A DNA stretch of 64,000 nucleotides from positions 143,795 to 207,794 of IMG/VR virus record IMGVR_UViG_3300031994_000006; one strand, given 5' to 3'. Position numbers and translations under genes: made by a program. This stretch comes from a virus. Lineage: Duplodnaviria > Caudoviricetes. Positions 1-11,400 of the stretch are shown here, in pieces. Numbering within the stretch: position 1 is the stretch's first letter; each line of letters opens with the position of its first letter. The notes under the pieces are model-generated. The model worked only from the letters and a program-made list of their open reading frames with translations. It ran no database searches and was not told the DNA's origin.

Positions 1-531
1 GATGTTCTTGACGACGTCGGACGACACGGTTACGCTCACGGGATCCGGGTTGGGCCAGACGCCGTTCTTGAATTTGTCGTCCGAAATGACGATGAACTCG
101 GAAATCAGGAAGCACTTCATCTTCATGCGGAGGCTCTTCGAGCGGAAACGGACGTTGTCGGTCTGCAGCATCTCATTGCCCTGGCTGTCCTGTCCGGGAC
201 CGAAGTTGAAGGTCATAGTGAACTCGTCGGCGGTGGCGAACGCCTTGAACACGGCGACGAACTTGGAGAAGATCTTCAGGATACCGGCATAGACGATATC
301 GGTCAGGCCGTCGGGAATGACAGCCTCAAGGCCGGCCATCTCAAAGGAGATCTCGCCGCGGCGGACGAGCGCCTGATCCTGCGTGAACACCTTGGCGCAG
401 AAGCACTTCGCGGCCGGGTTAATCTCAAGGAGTACGCTGTTGTCAGACACGTCCCCTTCAAACTGCTCAAGCCATGACGTGAAATCGTTGACGTTCGCGC
501 CAGACTTTTTGATGAATTCGATTTTCTGCAT
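1..531 (-). CDS. putative DNA sliding clamp (gp45/PCNA-like), truncated by window edge
   Basis: Open frame from ATG at 531 to the edge (MQKIEFIKKSGANVNDFTSWLEQFEGDVSDNSVLLEIN...AKVFTQDQALVRRGEI), missing from the ORF track. The alpha/beta pattern resembles clamp N-termini; assignment by eye only. Confidence 0.5.
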   Translation of the reverse strand, partial: MQKIEFIKKSGANVNDFTSWLEQFEGDVSDNSVLLEINPAAKCFCAKVFTQDQALVRRGEISFEMAGLEAVIPDGLTDIVYAGILKIFSKFVAVFKAFATADEFTMTFNFGPGQDSQGNEMLQTDNVRFRSKSLRMKMKCFLISEFIVISDDKFKNGVWPNPDPVSVTVSSDVVKNI

Positions 532-585
532 TGTATAATCAGATTGGTGATTTCTCATTCATTTAACGCGGCCCGGGCCGGAGAG

Positions 586-1434
586 TCACAGGAATTCCGT
601 GACATAATCCTCCGGCCTGTGCCTGATGACATTAGCCTCATCCTTGTCGCCGTGTATGGATCCCTTCCTGAGATCGGGATCCTGCATGCAGAGCGGCGTC
701 GCCGCCATGCACCTCGTGAGGTTGCGTTCCCATTTGCCGCAGTGCACGCCGGCCTCGAGGACCGCCGGGTTACCGGGCACGGCCCATGTGTAATAGTCCG
801 GATTGGCGAGCCTCTCTTTCATGGACGCGATATAATAGCGCATCGCGTCGAAGCTCATATGGAACATGTCACAGTTCCATACCATGCCGTACGACGCGAG
901 CAGCCGGCGGGTATTCGGCATCCCTATCGGCCTGATGTGCGCGAACTTCTCCTGTTCCGGGGCGACGTACCCGTCGAACAGCGCTATGTCGTAGCCGAGC
1001 GCCTCCGACATCGTGTCGATGATAAGGTCCGGATCCCTGTGGAACACGACGTCGTCCTCGATGAACAGGACCTTGCCCGTGGAGTCGGGGAACCAGCTGA
1101 TGAGTTTCTCCATGACGCGGACCAGATTCAGCGAGTAGTCCCAGCACCTTATCTGTCTCTCTGAATAGGGATCCTCTCCCATATCGAGCAGCCTGCCGTC
1201 CTCGGCGAACCCGCGTACAATATTGTAGATGTACGGCATGCGTATCATGTCGGCGAAATCCCAGACGGGATCGCCACAGTTCGACCAGGTTATCTGGCCG
1301 TAGTCCATGAGCCTCCTCGATATGCGCTCCTTGCGCTCGGGAAGGCTCAGGCAGTTCAGTATGACCACCTTCTGGTACAGCGAGGCCCACTCATGCTCAG
1401 GCCTGGCGTTTATGTCCGTTATCGTCCTGCTCAT
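586..1434 (-). CDS. glycosyltransferase family 25-like protein
   Basis: N-terminal ILNCLSLPERKERI and VLFIEDDVVF motifs are typical of GT25. Confidence 0.6.
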   Translation of the reverse strand: MSRTITDINARPEHEWASLYQKVVILNCLSLPERKERISRRLMDYGQITWSNCGDPVWDFADMIRMPYIYNIVRGFAEDGRLLDMGEDPYSERQIRCWDYSLNLVRVMEKLISWFPDSTGKVLFIEDDVVFHRDPDLIIDTMSEALGYDIALFDGYVAPEQEKFAHIRPIGMPNTRRLLASYGMVWNCDMFHMSFDAMRYYIASMKERLANPDYYTWAVPGNPAVLEAGVHCGKWERNLTRCMAATPLCMQDPDLRKGSIHGDKDEANVIRHRPEDYVTEFL

Positions 1435-1949
1435 ATATTCCAGTACTTATGCGTTATGTCATCGACGGTAAAGGAATCGCCCGGCAAAACATCGGTAATG
1501 ACATACATACGCTGATTCGTGTCACGGCTGTCGAGTCCGCCGTGTCTCTCGTCATAAGGACCAACCTTGATATAGTCCCAGAGCACGGGATTGAGCGAGC
1601 TCTTGAATCCGTTCATCCTGCCGGGATCGTCGGTCTCATGGAACACGGTCGACCGGGACATGCCGGTCCACCAGGCGGTTTTCAGGTTCGAGGCCCTGCA
1701 GACGCGGGCCAGATCGTTCAATGCGTCTGTGTTGAATCCTCCCTGGAACGATACACATGTTATGCCGGGATTCCTGTTGATGAGATCCGCGAGCGCCTCG
1801 CCGGTGAGCTCGTCGCCCCTGTCCTCCCAGAGGTACTTGGAATGACAGCCCGGACAGTGGACCGTGCATCCCGTGATGTTGATGAGCAGCGAGATCTCAC
1901 CGGGTATCTCCCGGAATCCCACTGTCGCGTCTTCCTTGATGTATTTCAT
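1431..1949 (-). CDS. nrdG: anaerobic ribonucleotide reductase activating radical SAM protein
   Basis: FREIPGEISL, CTVHCPGCHS (CxxxCxxC), DYIKVGPY..GGL..TNQRMY; start moved to MKYIKE; nrdD nearby. Confidence 0.92.
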   Translation of the reverse strand: MKYIKEDATVGFREIPGEISLLINITGCTVHCPGCHSKYLWEDRGDELTGEALADLINRNPGITCVSFQGGFNTDALNDLARVCRASNLKTAWWTGMSRSTVFHETDDPGRMNGFKSSLNPVLWDYIKVGPYDERHGGLDSRDTNQRMYVITDVLPGDSFTVDDITHKYWNI

Positions 1950-1950
1950 G

Positions 1951-2274
1951 TCAGCCGTCAAGGGCGCATAGCGCCTGATGTTTGAATTTCTCATAGAATA
2001 TATGCCATGCGAACTTGATTTCCTCGGTATCCGAATCCTTCTTGTCCGGATGGCCGCACATTACATAGCTGTTGTCAAGACGGCCGCTCATCCATGTGTG
2101 CAGGACAGGGACGTCCCATGCATGCAGCGTCCCCTTGCAGTGCGGGCAGACATTGGTGCACCGCTCACTGCCGGCATAGCACGGCAGGCCGCTTCCCTTG
2201 CACTTCTCGTCCCAGACGACAAGGTGGAAGTCGGTCGTGATCTGTCCGGTCTTGTAGTCATATGTCGATGCCAT
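1951..2274 (-). CDS. hypothetical protein (Cys-rich)
   Basis: 107 aa ORF tightly packed in the minus-strand operon. Confidence 0.6.
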   Translation of the reverse strand: MASTYDYKTGQITTDFHLVVWDEKCKGSGLPCYAGSERCTNVCPHCKGTLHAWDVPVLHTWMSGRLDNSYVMCGHPDKKDSDTEEIKFAWHIFYEKFKHQALCALDG

Positions 2275-2477
2275 CAGCCTTTGTTTTTCAGATAATCACA
2301 GAGCGCGATTTTGGCAGTCCTGTATCCGTTATACCATTTCAGGCACGTATGGCAGTGCTCCTTGTCACATTTCTCACGAGTCTCATTCACAGTGCCGTCG
2401 CACTTAAAGCACCTGCACCATGTGGATGCGGCGTCCCTTGCGATCTGATCCAGTATTTCGTCTGTCTGTTGTGCCAT
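2274..2477 (-). CDS. hypothetical small Cys-rich protein
   Basis: 67 aa, CxxC motifs, abuts both neighbours. Confidence 0.55.
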   Translation of the reverse strand: MAQQTDEILDQIARDAASTWCRCFKCDGTVNETREKCDKEHCHTCLKWYNGYRTAKIALCDYLKNKG

Positions 2478-2975
2478 CTATTTGACCTTCTTCAGTTTAA
2501 TCGTACTGTAGTGCCAGGGGCCTCGTTTATAGTCACCGTTTTTGTCCCTGTACCAGCATGATGAGCTTCCCGTGATGGTCTCCTTCCCCTTCAGGCCGGG
2601 GAACATCTTGTAGAAGCGCTTCCATGCGGACTTGCGCTTGAGTTTCGGCACACGGATCATCGAACTGTGCGCCCAACTCTCGCCTTCGCCTATGAAGCTG
2701 CAATCATTGTCCTTCTGACGCTGCGGCTTCTTATAACTGTATGAATGACTCTGTACGTAATAATCGACGTTCTTCAGCATCGACTCCGCAATCTTCAGCT
2801 TCTCACGGATCTCCTCGTCTGTCGGCTTGTTATACAGATGAATCAGATATCCTACCCGCCAGTCCCTGTAACCGGCAAGCCATGCACGGCATACCTTGAC
2901 CTCACTCTCCCAGTTTTCCAGGAATCTCTTCCTGAAATCCTCATTATACTGCTCTATGGTATTCGTTCTCTTCAT
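2478..2975 (-). CDS. hypothetical protein
   Basis: 165 aa ORF with AT-rich upstream region. Confidence 0.65.
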   Translation of the reverse strand: MKRTNTIEQYNEDFRKRFLENWESEVKVCRAWLAGYRDWRVGYLIHLYNKPTDEEIREKLKIAESMLKNVDYYVQSHSYSYKKPQRQKDNDCSFIGEGESWAHSSMIRVPKLKRKSAWKRFYKMFPGLKGKETITGSSSCWYRDKNGDYKRGPWHYSTIKLKKVK

Positions 2976-3018
2976 AAGACAGAATTTTATATTATACGCG
3001 ACTATGCCTTGTCAATCC

Positions 3019-3420
3019 TCAGTTGATCAGGATGAAATTCTCACCGTATGCGGTATCCCTGTGACGGGGATCGTACCAGAGGTCCTCCCTCCAGCCAGGA
3101 CGGTCCATCCTGTCCCATTTCCAGGGACGCTTCCACTCCCATGACGGATGCATGGACCTGAGCTCGTCATGCGTCTTATGCCGGCGGAGCAGTACGGACC
3201 TGCCCTTCGTGAACATGCGGGCCTCGGGCCTGTTTGTACAGTATGATCCGTAATACTTCCAGTCGTCTGTAGGGACTATGTCCCCCGCCACGGCCCTGAA
3301 CAGCCCGTTCTTCACCTCGGCGGCTTCTGTGAAGAGTATGTAGCCCTCCCGGATCTCATGCCGCCTGAGCTCAGTATTCCACCTGCGCTCGAATACATTA
3401 TGTTTCCAGACTCTGATCAT
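3019..3420 (-). CDS. hypothetical protein
   Basis: 133 aa ORF downstream of a Bacteroidota-type promoter module. Confidence 0.6.
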   Translation of the reverse strand: MIRVWKHNVFERRWNTELRRHEIREGYILFTEAAEVKNGLFRAVAGDIVPTDDWKYYGSYCTNRPEARMFTKGRSVLLRRHKTHDELRSMHPSWEWKRPWKWDRMDRPGWREDLWYDPRHRDTAYGENFILIN

Positions 3421-3433
3421 ATTCTCTCTGTTT

Positions 3434-3502
3434 TATACCGCGAAGATAGCGCTTTTTTCCGGGAATAAAAAAATCCTGCAGCGTTTTTCTGCAGGATTCA
3501 GC
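3434..3502 (-). promoter_or_regulatory. conserved hairpin + Bacteroidota-type promoter module, copy 1
   Basis: GCTGAATCCTGCAGAAAAACGCTGCAGGATTTT followed by GCTATCTTCGCGGTATA; near-identical to copies at 14798 and 59319. Confidence 0.65.
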
Positions 3503-3504
3503 GT

Positions 3505-4017
3505 TTATCGGTATGATCTGAGCAGGCTGATTTCCACGTCCCAGTAGTCTATCCCGAGGTTCTCGGCGAATTTCCTGTCGCTGTCCGAGAAGTCGCCGGG
3601 CTTACCCGACGCGTCGCCTATCATCAGGCACCGGGACTTGAATCCGGGATCCTCAACCTCCTTGTACGGAATGTAGTGCGAGATGCAGTGTTCGGCCATG
3701 CCGGTGTTCGGCTTGCGCCAGGGATCCGCCTTGTCCTTCGAGCCGCAGTATACGGCCCAGGCCTCGCATCCGATGTAGTCTGCACAGGCGGCGGCCACAT
3801 ACTCAAGCTTCTTCCTGAAATAGTCCTCGTTCACGTATTCGCCGAGGCCTCCCTGGTTCGTCACGATGAAGAGCTTCTTCGGCTTGAGCTTCTTTATTCT
3901 CTCAAGGACGTCAATTCTGAGCTCCATGTCCCACACGCCCCTGGGGAACGTATCGCCGCTCCTGGTGCGGATGAGCGTGTCGTCCATGTCGGCGAAGATG
4001 TATCTGTACTCCTTCAT
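3505..4017 (-). CDS. HAD-family polynucleotide 3'-phosphatase (PNK3P/GmhB-like)
   Basis: DMDDTLI, VTNQGG, RKPNTGM and MIGDASG..SDSD..FA.N.G motifs. Confidence 0.85.
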   Translation of the reverse strand: MKEYRYIFADMDDTLIRTRSGDTFPRGVWDMELRIDVLERIKKLKPKKLFIVTNQGGLGEYVNEDYFRKKLEYVAAACADYIGCEAWAVYCGSKDKADPWRKPNTGMAEHCISHYIPYKEVEDPGFKSRCLMIGDASGKPGDFSDSDRKFAENLGIDYWDVEISLLRSYR

Positions 4018-6335
4018 CAGTCGAGGACCCCTCCTAAGGCCTGTTCAGCGTCCTGGTATACCCTGAGCTTCTGCTCCTCGCGCCTCGGCCTCGACCAGTT
4101 GTAGATCTTGGTGAGATAGCCGATGATGCGGTCCCAATGATCGATATGCTCGGATCCGCAGTGCGGGCACTTCGAGACGGGACGCTTGCCTATCCACCCG
4201 CAGTCGCGGCACTCGCTCTGGGGCACGTTATAGGTGAAGTAGCTGCATCCGGTCTCGCCTGCGTAGTTGAGCAGCTTCCAGTTCTGGTCCGCGTCGAGGT
4301 GCTCCGACAGGTTGATGTGCGCGGCGGATCCGCCGTCGAGGAAGTCGCCGATATAGTCGCGGCCGTGCATGCGCATCTTGTCCAGCGCGGACAGATCCGG
4401 GTTGTACGGTTCGAACACGTAGCTGGTGTAGAGGTTGACGTCATCAGGCACCCAGTAGCCGTCGGCCTTGTCCCAGTTGTAGTTCTTGGCCGCGAGCGAC
4501 TCAGCGGGGATAAGCTCGGTATTGAACGACAGCGTATGGTTGTTGAACTTGCCGGACGCCCTGGTGTTGCACTCCTTGATATAGCCGAACAGCGTCTGAC
4601 AGAACTCCTTGTATCCCTCGTTGTCGGTGCATTTGAGCCCCATGAACCTCGCGGCCTCGTTCAGGCCGTTCAGGCCGATCGTCAGGTACTGGCGGTTCAG
4701 GTCGATGAAGCCTGCCTCGTAGACGGGCAGCAGATGCGCATCGTAATGGTCCCACAGGATCTCGTTGTACGCTGTATGGTAACGGTACACATGCTTGAGT
4801 ATCTTGCCCAGGTACTCCTTGAAGCCGTCGTACCAGGCGGCCTTATCGGTCGCGAAGTCCGCGGTGTCCTCATCGGCGCAGTAGTCCTGCGTGATACGCG
4901 ACAGGTTGAGCGTGATGACGGACTTGGATCCGGTCATGATGCCCATATTGCCGTTCGTGAAGCTGAACTCCCTCGTCTTGAGCTTGTTCTTCAGGCGGCA
5001 GCAGCTCGACAGTGAATCGACGGTGTCGCTGATGTACGTGAAGAAGCTGTGTCCGCGGGCGTACTCCTCCGCGACGAACCTGGCGGTCTCCTCATCCTCG
5101 AATTTGCCGTCCCTGTAGATGAGCGAGAACGACTCGACGGGGAACGTCAGGATGGTCCTGAGGCGCTCGTCGTTGAACCACTGCATGAACTCGCGCTGTA
5201 TCCAGTCGAGGGACTCCCAGTCGGGCCTGGATCCGTCGGGAAACACGAACTCGCCGAACATGGCGTCGAAGAACGGATGGTCGAAATACGCGAAGTTTGT
5301 GAAAGCCGACTGCATGCCCCTGGCCGCGGCGGGCTGGTTTATGCCGTAAATCATGGACTGCCAGTACTGGCGGATCTGATACCTGATGGTCTTGATCCTC
5401 CTGCAGCCGGGGCCTGAGATGACCTCCTCGGGACGCTTCCAGAAGTCATCGCCCCATTCCTTCTTGCAGAAGTAGGTGAAGTAGAGCAGCGTCTCAGGCA
5501 GTGCGACGGCGCCCGCGAACTGAGCCGACAGCGCGAACACCAGGTTGACGTACATGCCGCAGAACGAATCGATGTTCTTCGGGGCGGCGGACAGTCCGCC
5601 GAGGTCCTTGATGCCGTTCAGTATGAAGGGGTACATGGTGGCGGCCACGCAGTACGGGCTGCCGGCGAACGCGAAGTTGGACTCGTCGTTCTTGTAGATG
5701 ATGCGTCCGCGGAGGTCGCGGAGGTACTGCTTGGAGTCCTTCTCGGGGAACAGGTCCTCGAGCTTGTCCATGATCATCTCACGGCTGATCTCCACGTTGT
5801 CAGCCTTGTGTATCTCGGCGTTCAGGATGCCGATGTTCTTGCCCTTGACGTTGCTGTTGTCGTCGATGGTCGCGTCGGCCGTGTTCTGCTGACGCTTGTA
5901 GTTCTCGACGTACGCCTTCTTCTTGGCCACGTAATCGCGCGTCTTCTTGCGGTCCGCGCGGAACAAGATGTAGGCCTTGGCCACGTCGGGGTTCTCCTTC
6001 ATCAGGAAGTACTCGATGACGTCCTGCAGGTCCTCGACGTGGATCTTGTCGTCATCGAACTTGTCGTCGAATTTGTCAAGGTAGTAGTTGAAGCGCCTGT
6101 AGAGGTTGGCGGGAATCTCCTGTCCCGCGTCGCCGTACGCCGCGGCGACCCCCTTCTTGATCTTCTTGATGTTGTATTTCTGGATTTTGCCGTTACGCTT
6201 GACGACCAACTTGATCTTCCTGGCGTAAGGGGCTTTCTCCTGTGTCTGTGCGGCGATAAGGCCCTCGCCGGAAGAGGCGTCGTCATATGACGACTTTGCG
6301 TTTTCACTGATTTTCTTCTTCATACGAACGGTCAA
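4017..6335 (-). CDS. nrdD: class III (anaerobic) ribonucleoside-triphosphate reductase
   Basis: ATP cone (VVKRNG), SSCCRL, ELIPAESL, CxxC...CxxC and the RIIGYL glycyl-radical motif. Confidence 0.95.
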   Translation of the reverse strand: MTVRMKKKISENAKSSYDDASSGEGLIAAQTQEKAPYARKIKLVVKRNGKIQKYNIKKIKKGVAAAYGDAGQEIPANLYRRFNYYLDKFDDKFDDDKIHVEDLQDVIEYFLMKENPDVAKAYILFRADRKKTRDYVAKKKAYVENYKRQQNTADATIDDNSNVKGKNIGILNAEIHKADNVEISREMIMDKLEDLFPEKDSKQYLRDLRGRIIYKNDESNFAFAGSPYCVAATMYPFILNGIKDLGGLSAAPKNIDSFCGMYVNLVFALSAQFAGAVALPETLLYFTYFCKKEWGDDFWKRPEEVISGPGCRRIKTIRYQIRQYWQSMIYGINQPAAARGMQSAFTNFAYFDHPFFDAMFGEFVFPDGSRPDWESLDWIQREFMQWFNDERLRTILTFPVESFSLIYRDGKFEDEETARFVAEEYARGHSFFTYISDTVDSLSSCCRLKNKLKTREFSFTNGNMGIMTGSKSVITLNLSRITQDYCADEDTADFATDKAAWYDGFKEYLGKILKHVYRYHTAYNEILWDHYDAHLLPVYEAGFIDLNRQYLTIGLNGLNEAARFMGLKCTDNEGYKEFCQTLFGYIKECNTRASGKFNNHTLSFNTELIPAESLAAKNYNWDKADGYWVPDDVNLYTSYVFEPYNPDLSALDKMRMHGRDYIGDFLDGGSAAHINLSEHLDADQNWKLLNYAGETGCSYFTYNVPQSECRDCGWIGKRPVSKCPHCGSEHIDHWDRIIGYLTKIYNWSRPRREEQKLRVYQDAEQALGGVLD

Positions 6336-6561
6336 ATATACGTTTGTATAGCTTTTGTGGTTCCCACAACGGAAACACGCGGATTATCTATCACATAAAT
6401 TAAACGTGAAAACAGGCAAAAATCACAGTTTTTTTACCAGTATAGCCGGTAAAAAACTGATAAAAAAATTAAGTTTTCCATAAATGTTTGAAAATCAGGA
6501 CCGGCAGTTTCCGTACAGAACGGACAAGGCTGAAATTTTAGCGTTTCGGCCCTGAAAATTT

Positions 6562-8103
6562 TCATGGATAGCCCGGTATGCCGAAATGGTTGATGCCCTG
6601 CGGGCCCCATGAACCGAGGAGGAAGGCGATCCACTGGAGGTTGTACACCTGCAGGTTCTCATAGCGGGGAAGCGGCTCGACCTCCTTCAGTATCATCATG
6701 AGCGGCTCGACGATGCGGCATATGGCCTGCGTGTTCATGTCAGACATGACGAGCCTCGCCCTGAACACAGGAGGCTCCATGAACCACTCAGGAGTCATAA
6801 TCGGCGGGAACGCGGGCTCGAAGGCCGCCAGGATGGCATCGGTCATCTCGGTCCCCTTGGACGTATTGCCCGAGTTGAGGCTCGGCAGCCTGTTGACGAA
6901 CTTGCCCGGTATCCTGACGAGCGACCTCGGCGTGAATCCGAAGTTGACGGAGTCCGGCTCTATCAGGAACGGGACCATGGACTCCACGGCCACCTTATAG
7001 ACGACCGCGAACGCGGCGTTCAACTGCGCGTTCAGGGCCGCCAGGGCCGCGATGCACGCCTCGACCCCTGCGAACAGGGCCTCCAGTCCCGCCGTGGCGC
7101 CGTCGGTCCAGTTCTTCTTCCTCGACAGGAGCTCCAGGATGAGGTCGTTCTTCCAGATGAGCACGTTGTTGATCTGGATCTTGACATAACACATCAGCAT
7201 GTTGGCCACGGTCTTGAAGTATACGGCGAATATGCCGTCGAATCCGCCGGCGCCGCCGAGTCCCTGCTCAAGGTCCTCATTGTCCCTGAGTCCTGATATA
7301 TTGCCCGAGCCTATGTCCTGCAGGCCCGTCGTCACTACGTCATTATACGAGTTATACCCGCCCACGGTGCCCGCATGCGCAAGGGCCGTCGCATTGATTC
7401 CGGCTCCGGCCGACGTCACCGCCCCAGCCGCCGACGTCACCGCCCCAGCCGCCGATGATACGGCCCCAGCCGCCGATGACACGGCGTTCTGTGCGGACTG
7501 GATGATGTTGCCCTTGCCCGGGATGAGCGCCGCGGCCTGTGACAGATCGGCCGAACCGACGGCAGACAGCACGGACTGCGCCGTCTCCAGGACGCTCAGC
7601 AGCTGGTTCGCGGCCTTGACCTGTCCCTTGATATTGCCTATGAGGCCGTCGTTGTTTACGCCCCTCCTGGCCTCCTGGAACTCCTTCCAGACGTCCGCGA
7701 CGGCCTGCGGCTTCATAAGGTTCATGGCCTGCCTGCACTTCCATGCGCCGCAGAGTCCGTCCTTCGACGGTTTAAGCAGGGGCCTGCCGCATATCGGGCA
7801 CGTGCCGAATCCGGTCGTGTCGCCGCGGTCCGTATGGATACGGTTGTCCAGGGCCGTGTCCTTGAGCAGGCTGAGGTTCTCGGTCACGGAGCCGCCGTTC
7901 CTGAGGAAGTCCTTGACGTCGAATCCGTCCGAGAACCTCTCCACGAAGTCGAGCTTCTGGAGCAGGGGAAGAGCCGGCGTGCCCGTGATGCCGGCGCCTT
8001 TGCCGCCATCCACCTCGAGATGCGCCTGAAGCACGGCGAATCCCTCTTCCGCCGCCCGTCCGGTCGTCACGTCATTGTTCTTGTCAAAAGCATCTTTGGC
8101 CAT
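6562..8103 (-). CDS. hypothetical, probably virion-associated protein with AAGAV(S/T)S repeats
   Basis: Long ORF, likely start MAKDAFD at 8103; divergent from the baseplate genes; 7-aa tandem repeat. Confidence 0.6.
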   Translation of the reverse strand: MAKDAFDKNNDVTTGRAAEEGFAVLQAHLEVDGGKGAGITGTPALPLLQKLDFVERFSDGFDVKDFLRNGGSVTENLSLLKDTALDNRIHTDRGDTTGFGTCPICGRPLLKPSKDGLCGAWKCRQAMNLMKPQAVADVWKEFQEARRGVNNDGLIGNIKGQVKAANQLLSVLETAQSVLSAVGSADLSQAAALIPGKGNIIQSAQNAVSSAAGAVSSAAGAVTSAAGAVTSAGAGINATALAHAGTVGGYNSYNDVVTTGLQDIGSGNISGLRDNEDLEQGLGGAGGFDGIFAVYFKTVANMLMCYVKIQINNVLIWKNDLILELLSRKKNWTDGATAGLEALFAGVEACIAALAALNAQLNAAFAVVYKVAVESMVPFLIEPDSVNFGFTPRSLVRIPGKFVNRLPSLNSGNTSKGTEMTDAILAAFEPAFPPIMTPEWFMEPPVFRARLVMSDMNTQAICRIVEPLMMILKEVEPLPRYENLQVYNLQWIAFLLGSWGPQGINHFGIPGYP

Positions 8104-8479
8104 ATACCGCATATCTATCGGCCTCGCGCGCGCATGCCGTGTACGCACATTCCCGCGCCATGCGCACAATGTGTATGCACACGCTTACGCGCACCTGTAC
8201 GTTAAGTCGCCGGCCGATTAAGTTTTTTTATTAAAGTAAATTACTTCTATTAACCCCTTTTCAGAATCTCCTATTAACAAATATTGATATCGCGCGCGTG
8301 AGAAAAGGTCACATGAATTTAAGCTAAAATTATTTGAATTTAATTATTTTTAGAGAATAAACGCAAATAGTCATATATATGCAGTTAAAGTATGGTCAAC
8401 TGCAAATTATACTAAACAGGTCCCGGACAGGCCTTTTCTGTAAAAACCGATATATACGATAACGGTATTTTCTGTCTAT

Positions 8480-11400
8480 ATGCTTACTGAAAACTTCAAT
8501 ATCCGCAAGGGATTCCAGTTCAAGGAGAGATTCGAGCGTGCGCCGTTCGAACAGAGGTGGGACGAGCCCACGTACCTCACCTTCAAGATTGAGTTCGACT
8601 TCGACGACGTCTATTCGAGACTGACGTCCGAGATGTCGTTCGACGACATCCCGCAGGGTCTGTTGATATTGCCCGTGACAAGGCTTGATCCGGATCCCGG
8701 CGAGACGCTCGAGCTGCTCGTCAAGGAACTTGATCCGTATGACGGACAGGGACAGGGCGCCGGTTTCGAGGAAAGCCTCATCGGCTCGGATTCAGGATAT
8801 AACCAGAGAATTAACAAATACATCGGCAATGTATCCGATGACAAGCGGTATTCGGCACTCGAGTACCTGCTGCGCCGAAATGAAGACTACCGTGCATGGT
8901 GCCTCGCCAGGTTCCTCCAGGGACTGACCGCGCTGCAGAACGAGTATCAGTACTACTTCCAGGAGATACAGGGCCTCGACGCGCTGTCGGGGCTGACGCC
9001 TGACAAGGGCTGGCAGATAGACAAGAACGCTGTAATCACCATCAAGTGCCTCGAGGGCCTCGATCAGAAGGTCAAGTACCTGTTCTACCTGTACCGTGAG
9101 GCCGCATGGGACGCCGAGTACCAGAGATGGATACTCCCCGACATATACAGGTACTTCAAGATGAATATATTCGTCTCGGAGATACGTACGTTCCACCAGT
9201 CGAACTTCGCCGAGTCCGGCGCAGCGGCCGACCTGTTGACGAGTATCGCGACGAAGTACGTCAACAAGTGGGCCAATCAGTTCCTTGACAAGGTCGCCGA
9301 CTGGACCAAGGGCGCGATCGACGTCAATGTCAATATGGATCTGCAGCGCCTTAACATCATATCGACGGCGGTGCCCATCACGTGTTTCCGCTGCGAGATG
9401 TGCGACTTTGACATAGCCCGCAATATGTACAGCGACTCCTATAGCATCAACAACGACAGGCCGGAGGAGTCGGTGCTCAAGATCAGGGTGAAGAAGTGTG
9501 AGATACTCAACCACTGGAAGATTGGCGGCAAGGACGGCATACTGCTCAAGAACCTGAAGAGCTGGCTCGAGCGTCAGTACGGCCCGGACAGGGCGCATGC
9601 CGCGTACGGCTTCATACAGGAGGGCATGCATGACGAGATGTGGTTCAACGGGACCGAGAACCTGTCGGATGATGACAAGTCCAGGGGGTACTCGAAGGTC
9701 ATAGCCGACGGATGGGGCATGAATGCCGCCAGAGGCGTGCTCGACACGCTCTCCGGCAAGAACGGATCCGGCATACTCGACATGGCCGCCGGCATATACT
9801 CGACGGTCAAGAACGCCGTGGCCGAGCGCAGGGCGACAAAGGGCGAGTATGTCGAGTCGGCCGCCACGAATCCGTCGGACGAGCAGGAGTCCGCGCTCAT
9901 ATCCCTGGTGCTGACGCAGATGTACGCGAATGCAATGGCCGCACCGGCCGGAACCCTGTCACAGGCCGAGCTCGAGGCGCTCAGGATAGCGGCGCATCCC
10001 TCGGAGAGGCTGAGCGACAGCTCGGTCTATGAGACCATCATAAACCAGGTGGCCATTATACCCCATACACACGAGCCTCTGTTCCAGGACGAGACCATTG
10101 ACGGCTCGGTCGTACAGTCCGCGATGCCTTCGTTCAATATGGCGGAGGTCGAGGTCGGACGCTTCAAGGACGTCAGCCTCAGGGACGTGTCCGTCTACGG
10201 ATTCGCCGACACTTCCGTCGAGTCGCCCGATCCTTCGATGATGCTGGCCGATACCTCGTTCAGAGGGGTTCCCTTGGGCGAGCTGGCCGATACGTCGTTC
10301 AGGGAGGTTCCCCTGGGCGAGCTGGCCGATACCTCGTTCCGTGAGGTGTCCGTCGGCAGGCTCGTGGATACATCGTTCCGCGGGGTGCCTCTCGGCAGGC
10401 TCAAGCCCACTTCGTTCAGAGAGGTGTCCGTCGGCAAACTCGCGGATACCTCGTTCCGTGAGGTTCCGCTCGGCGGGCTTTCGGATACGTCGTTCAGGGA
10501 GGTGTCCGTCGGCGTGCTCGCGGACGTCAGCCTTACCGGTTCAGGTCCCGGCGGATTCGCGGACGTCAGCCTTACGGGTTCCGAACCCGGCGGATTCACG
10601 GATGTCTCCATCTGGTCGCCCGGCGTTGATCCGATACTGTGGCCGCTCGGAATACCCGGAGATGTGGACGCGTCGACCGACTCATCGGTTGAGATCGGCG
10701 AGTATGAGATGCTCGGCCTGAGGGATCTCGACGGCGTCATCACGGGCACCGGTCCCGGCTCGTTCAGGCCGGTCGAGGTCAGCGGCGTCATGCATGAGAC
10801 GAGCGTCGGCGGACTGGACGGCGACTACAGCCCGTCATTCGCCGAGCAGGAGATGACAGGCACCTATAATGATCCTGACATGGGAGAATACAGCATGACC
10901 GGTGCCGAGCCCGGCGCCATGGCGGAGGTCATCGTCAGCTCGCCTGACAGGCCTGCGGGCCGGATAGAGACCGCGGTCGACAGCGCCGGCCGTGTCCCTG
11001 AGATGTACGAGACGGCCGTCCTGTCACCCGTACCGGTACCGGCGGAGGTCAGGGAACAGCAGATTGCCGGATACGAGGCTGACAACATACCGGTCCGCGA
11101 GGCCCAGATTACCGGATACGGCGACATACAGTCGGAGGTCAGGGAGACGCTGATTATGGGACCGGACTATTCGCCCATGGCGCCGCAGGTTCCCTCGATG
11201 CAGGCACCGGCAGTGCAGACGGAGCCCGGAGACGCCCGTCCTCAGGGAAGGGACTATGCACCCGTGATGTCGGAAGCCGGCGTCAGCTCGCCCGATCCTG
11301 ACATGAGCGTCGCTGAGCATGAGGTCAGCTCGCCCGCCCCGGAGATGCCGCAGGGAGAGACCAGGGTCGACTCGCCCGCCCCGGATATGAAAGTGAAGGA

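Noticed and set aside
4137-6290. Long antisense ORFs opposite nrdD and other GC-rich genes
   Set aside because: Shadow ORFs caused by high GC3; the opposite strand carries recognisable protein motifs.
8205-8460. AT-rich gap as a replication origin
   Set aside because: No iterons or other origin features seen; adequately explained as a divergent promoter region.
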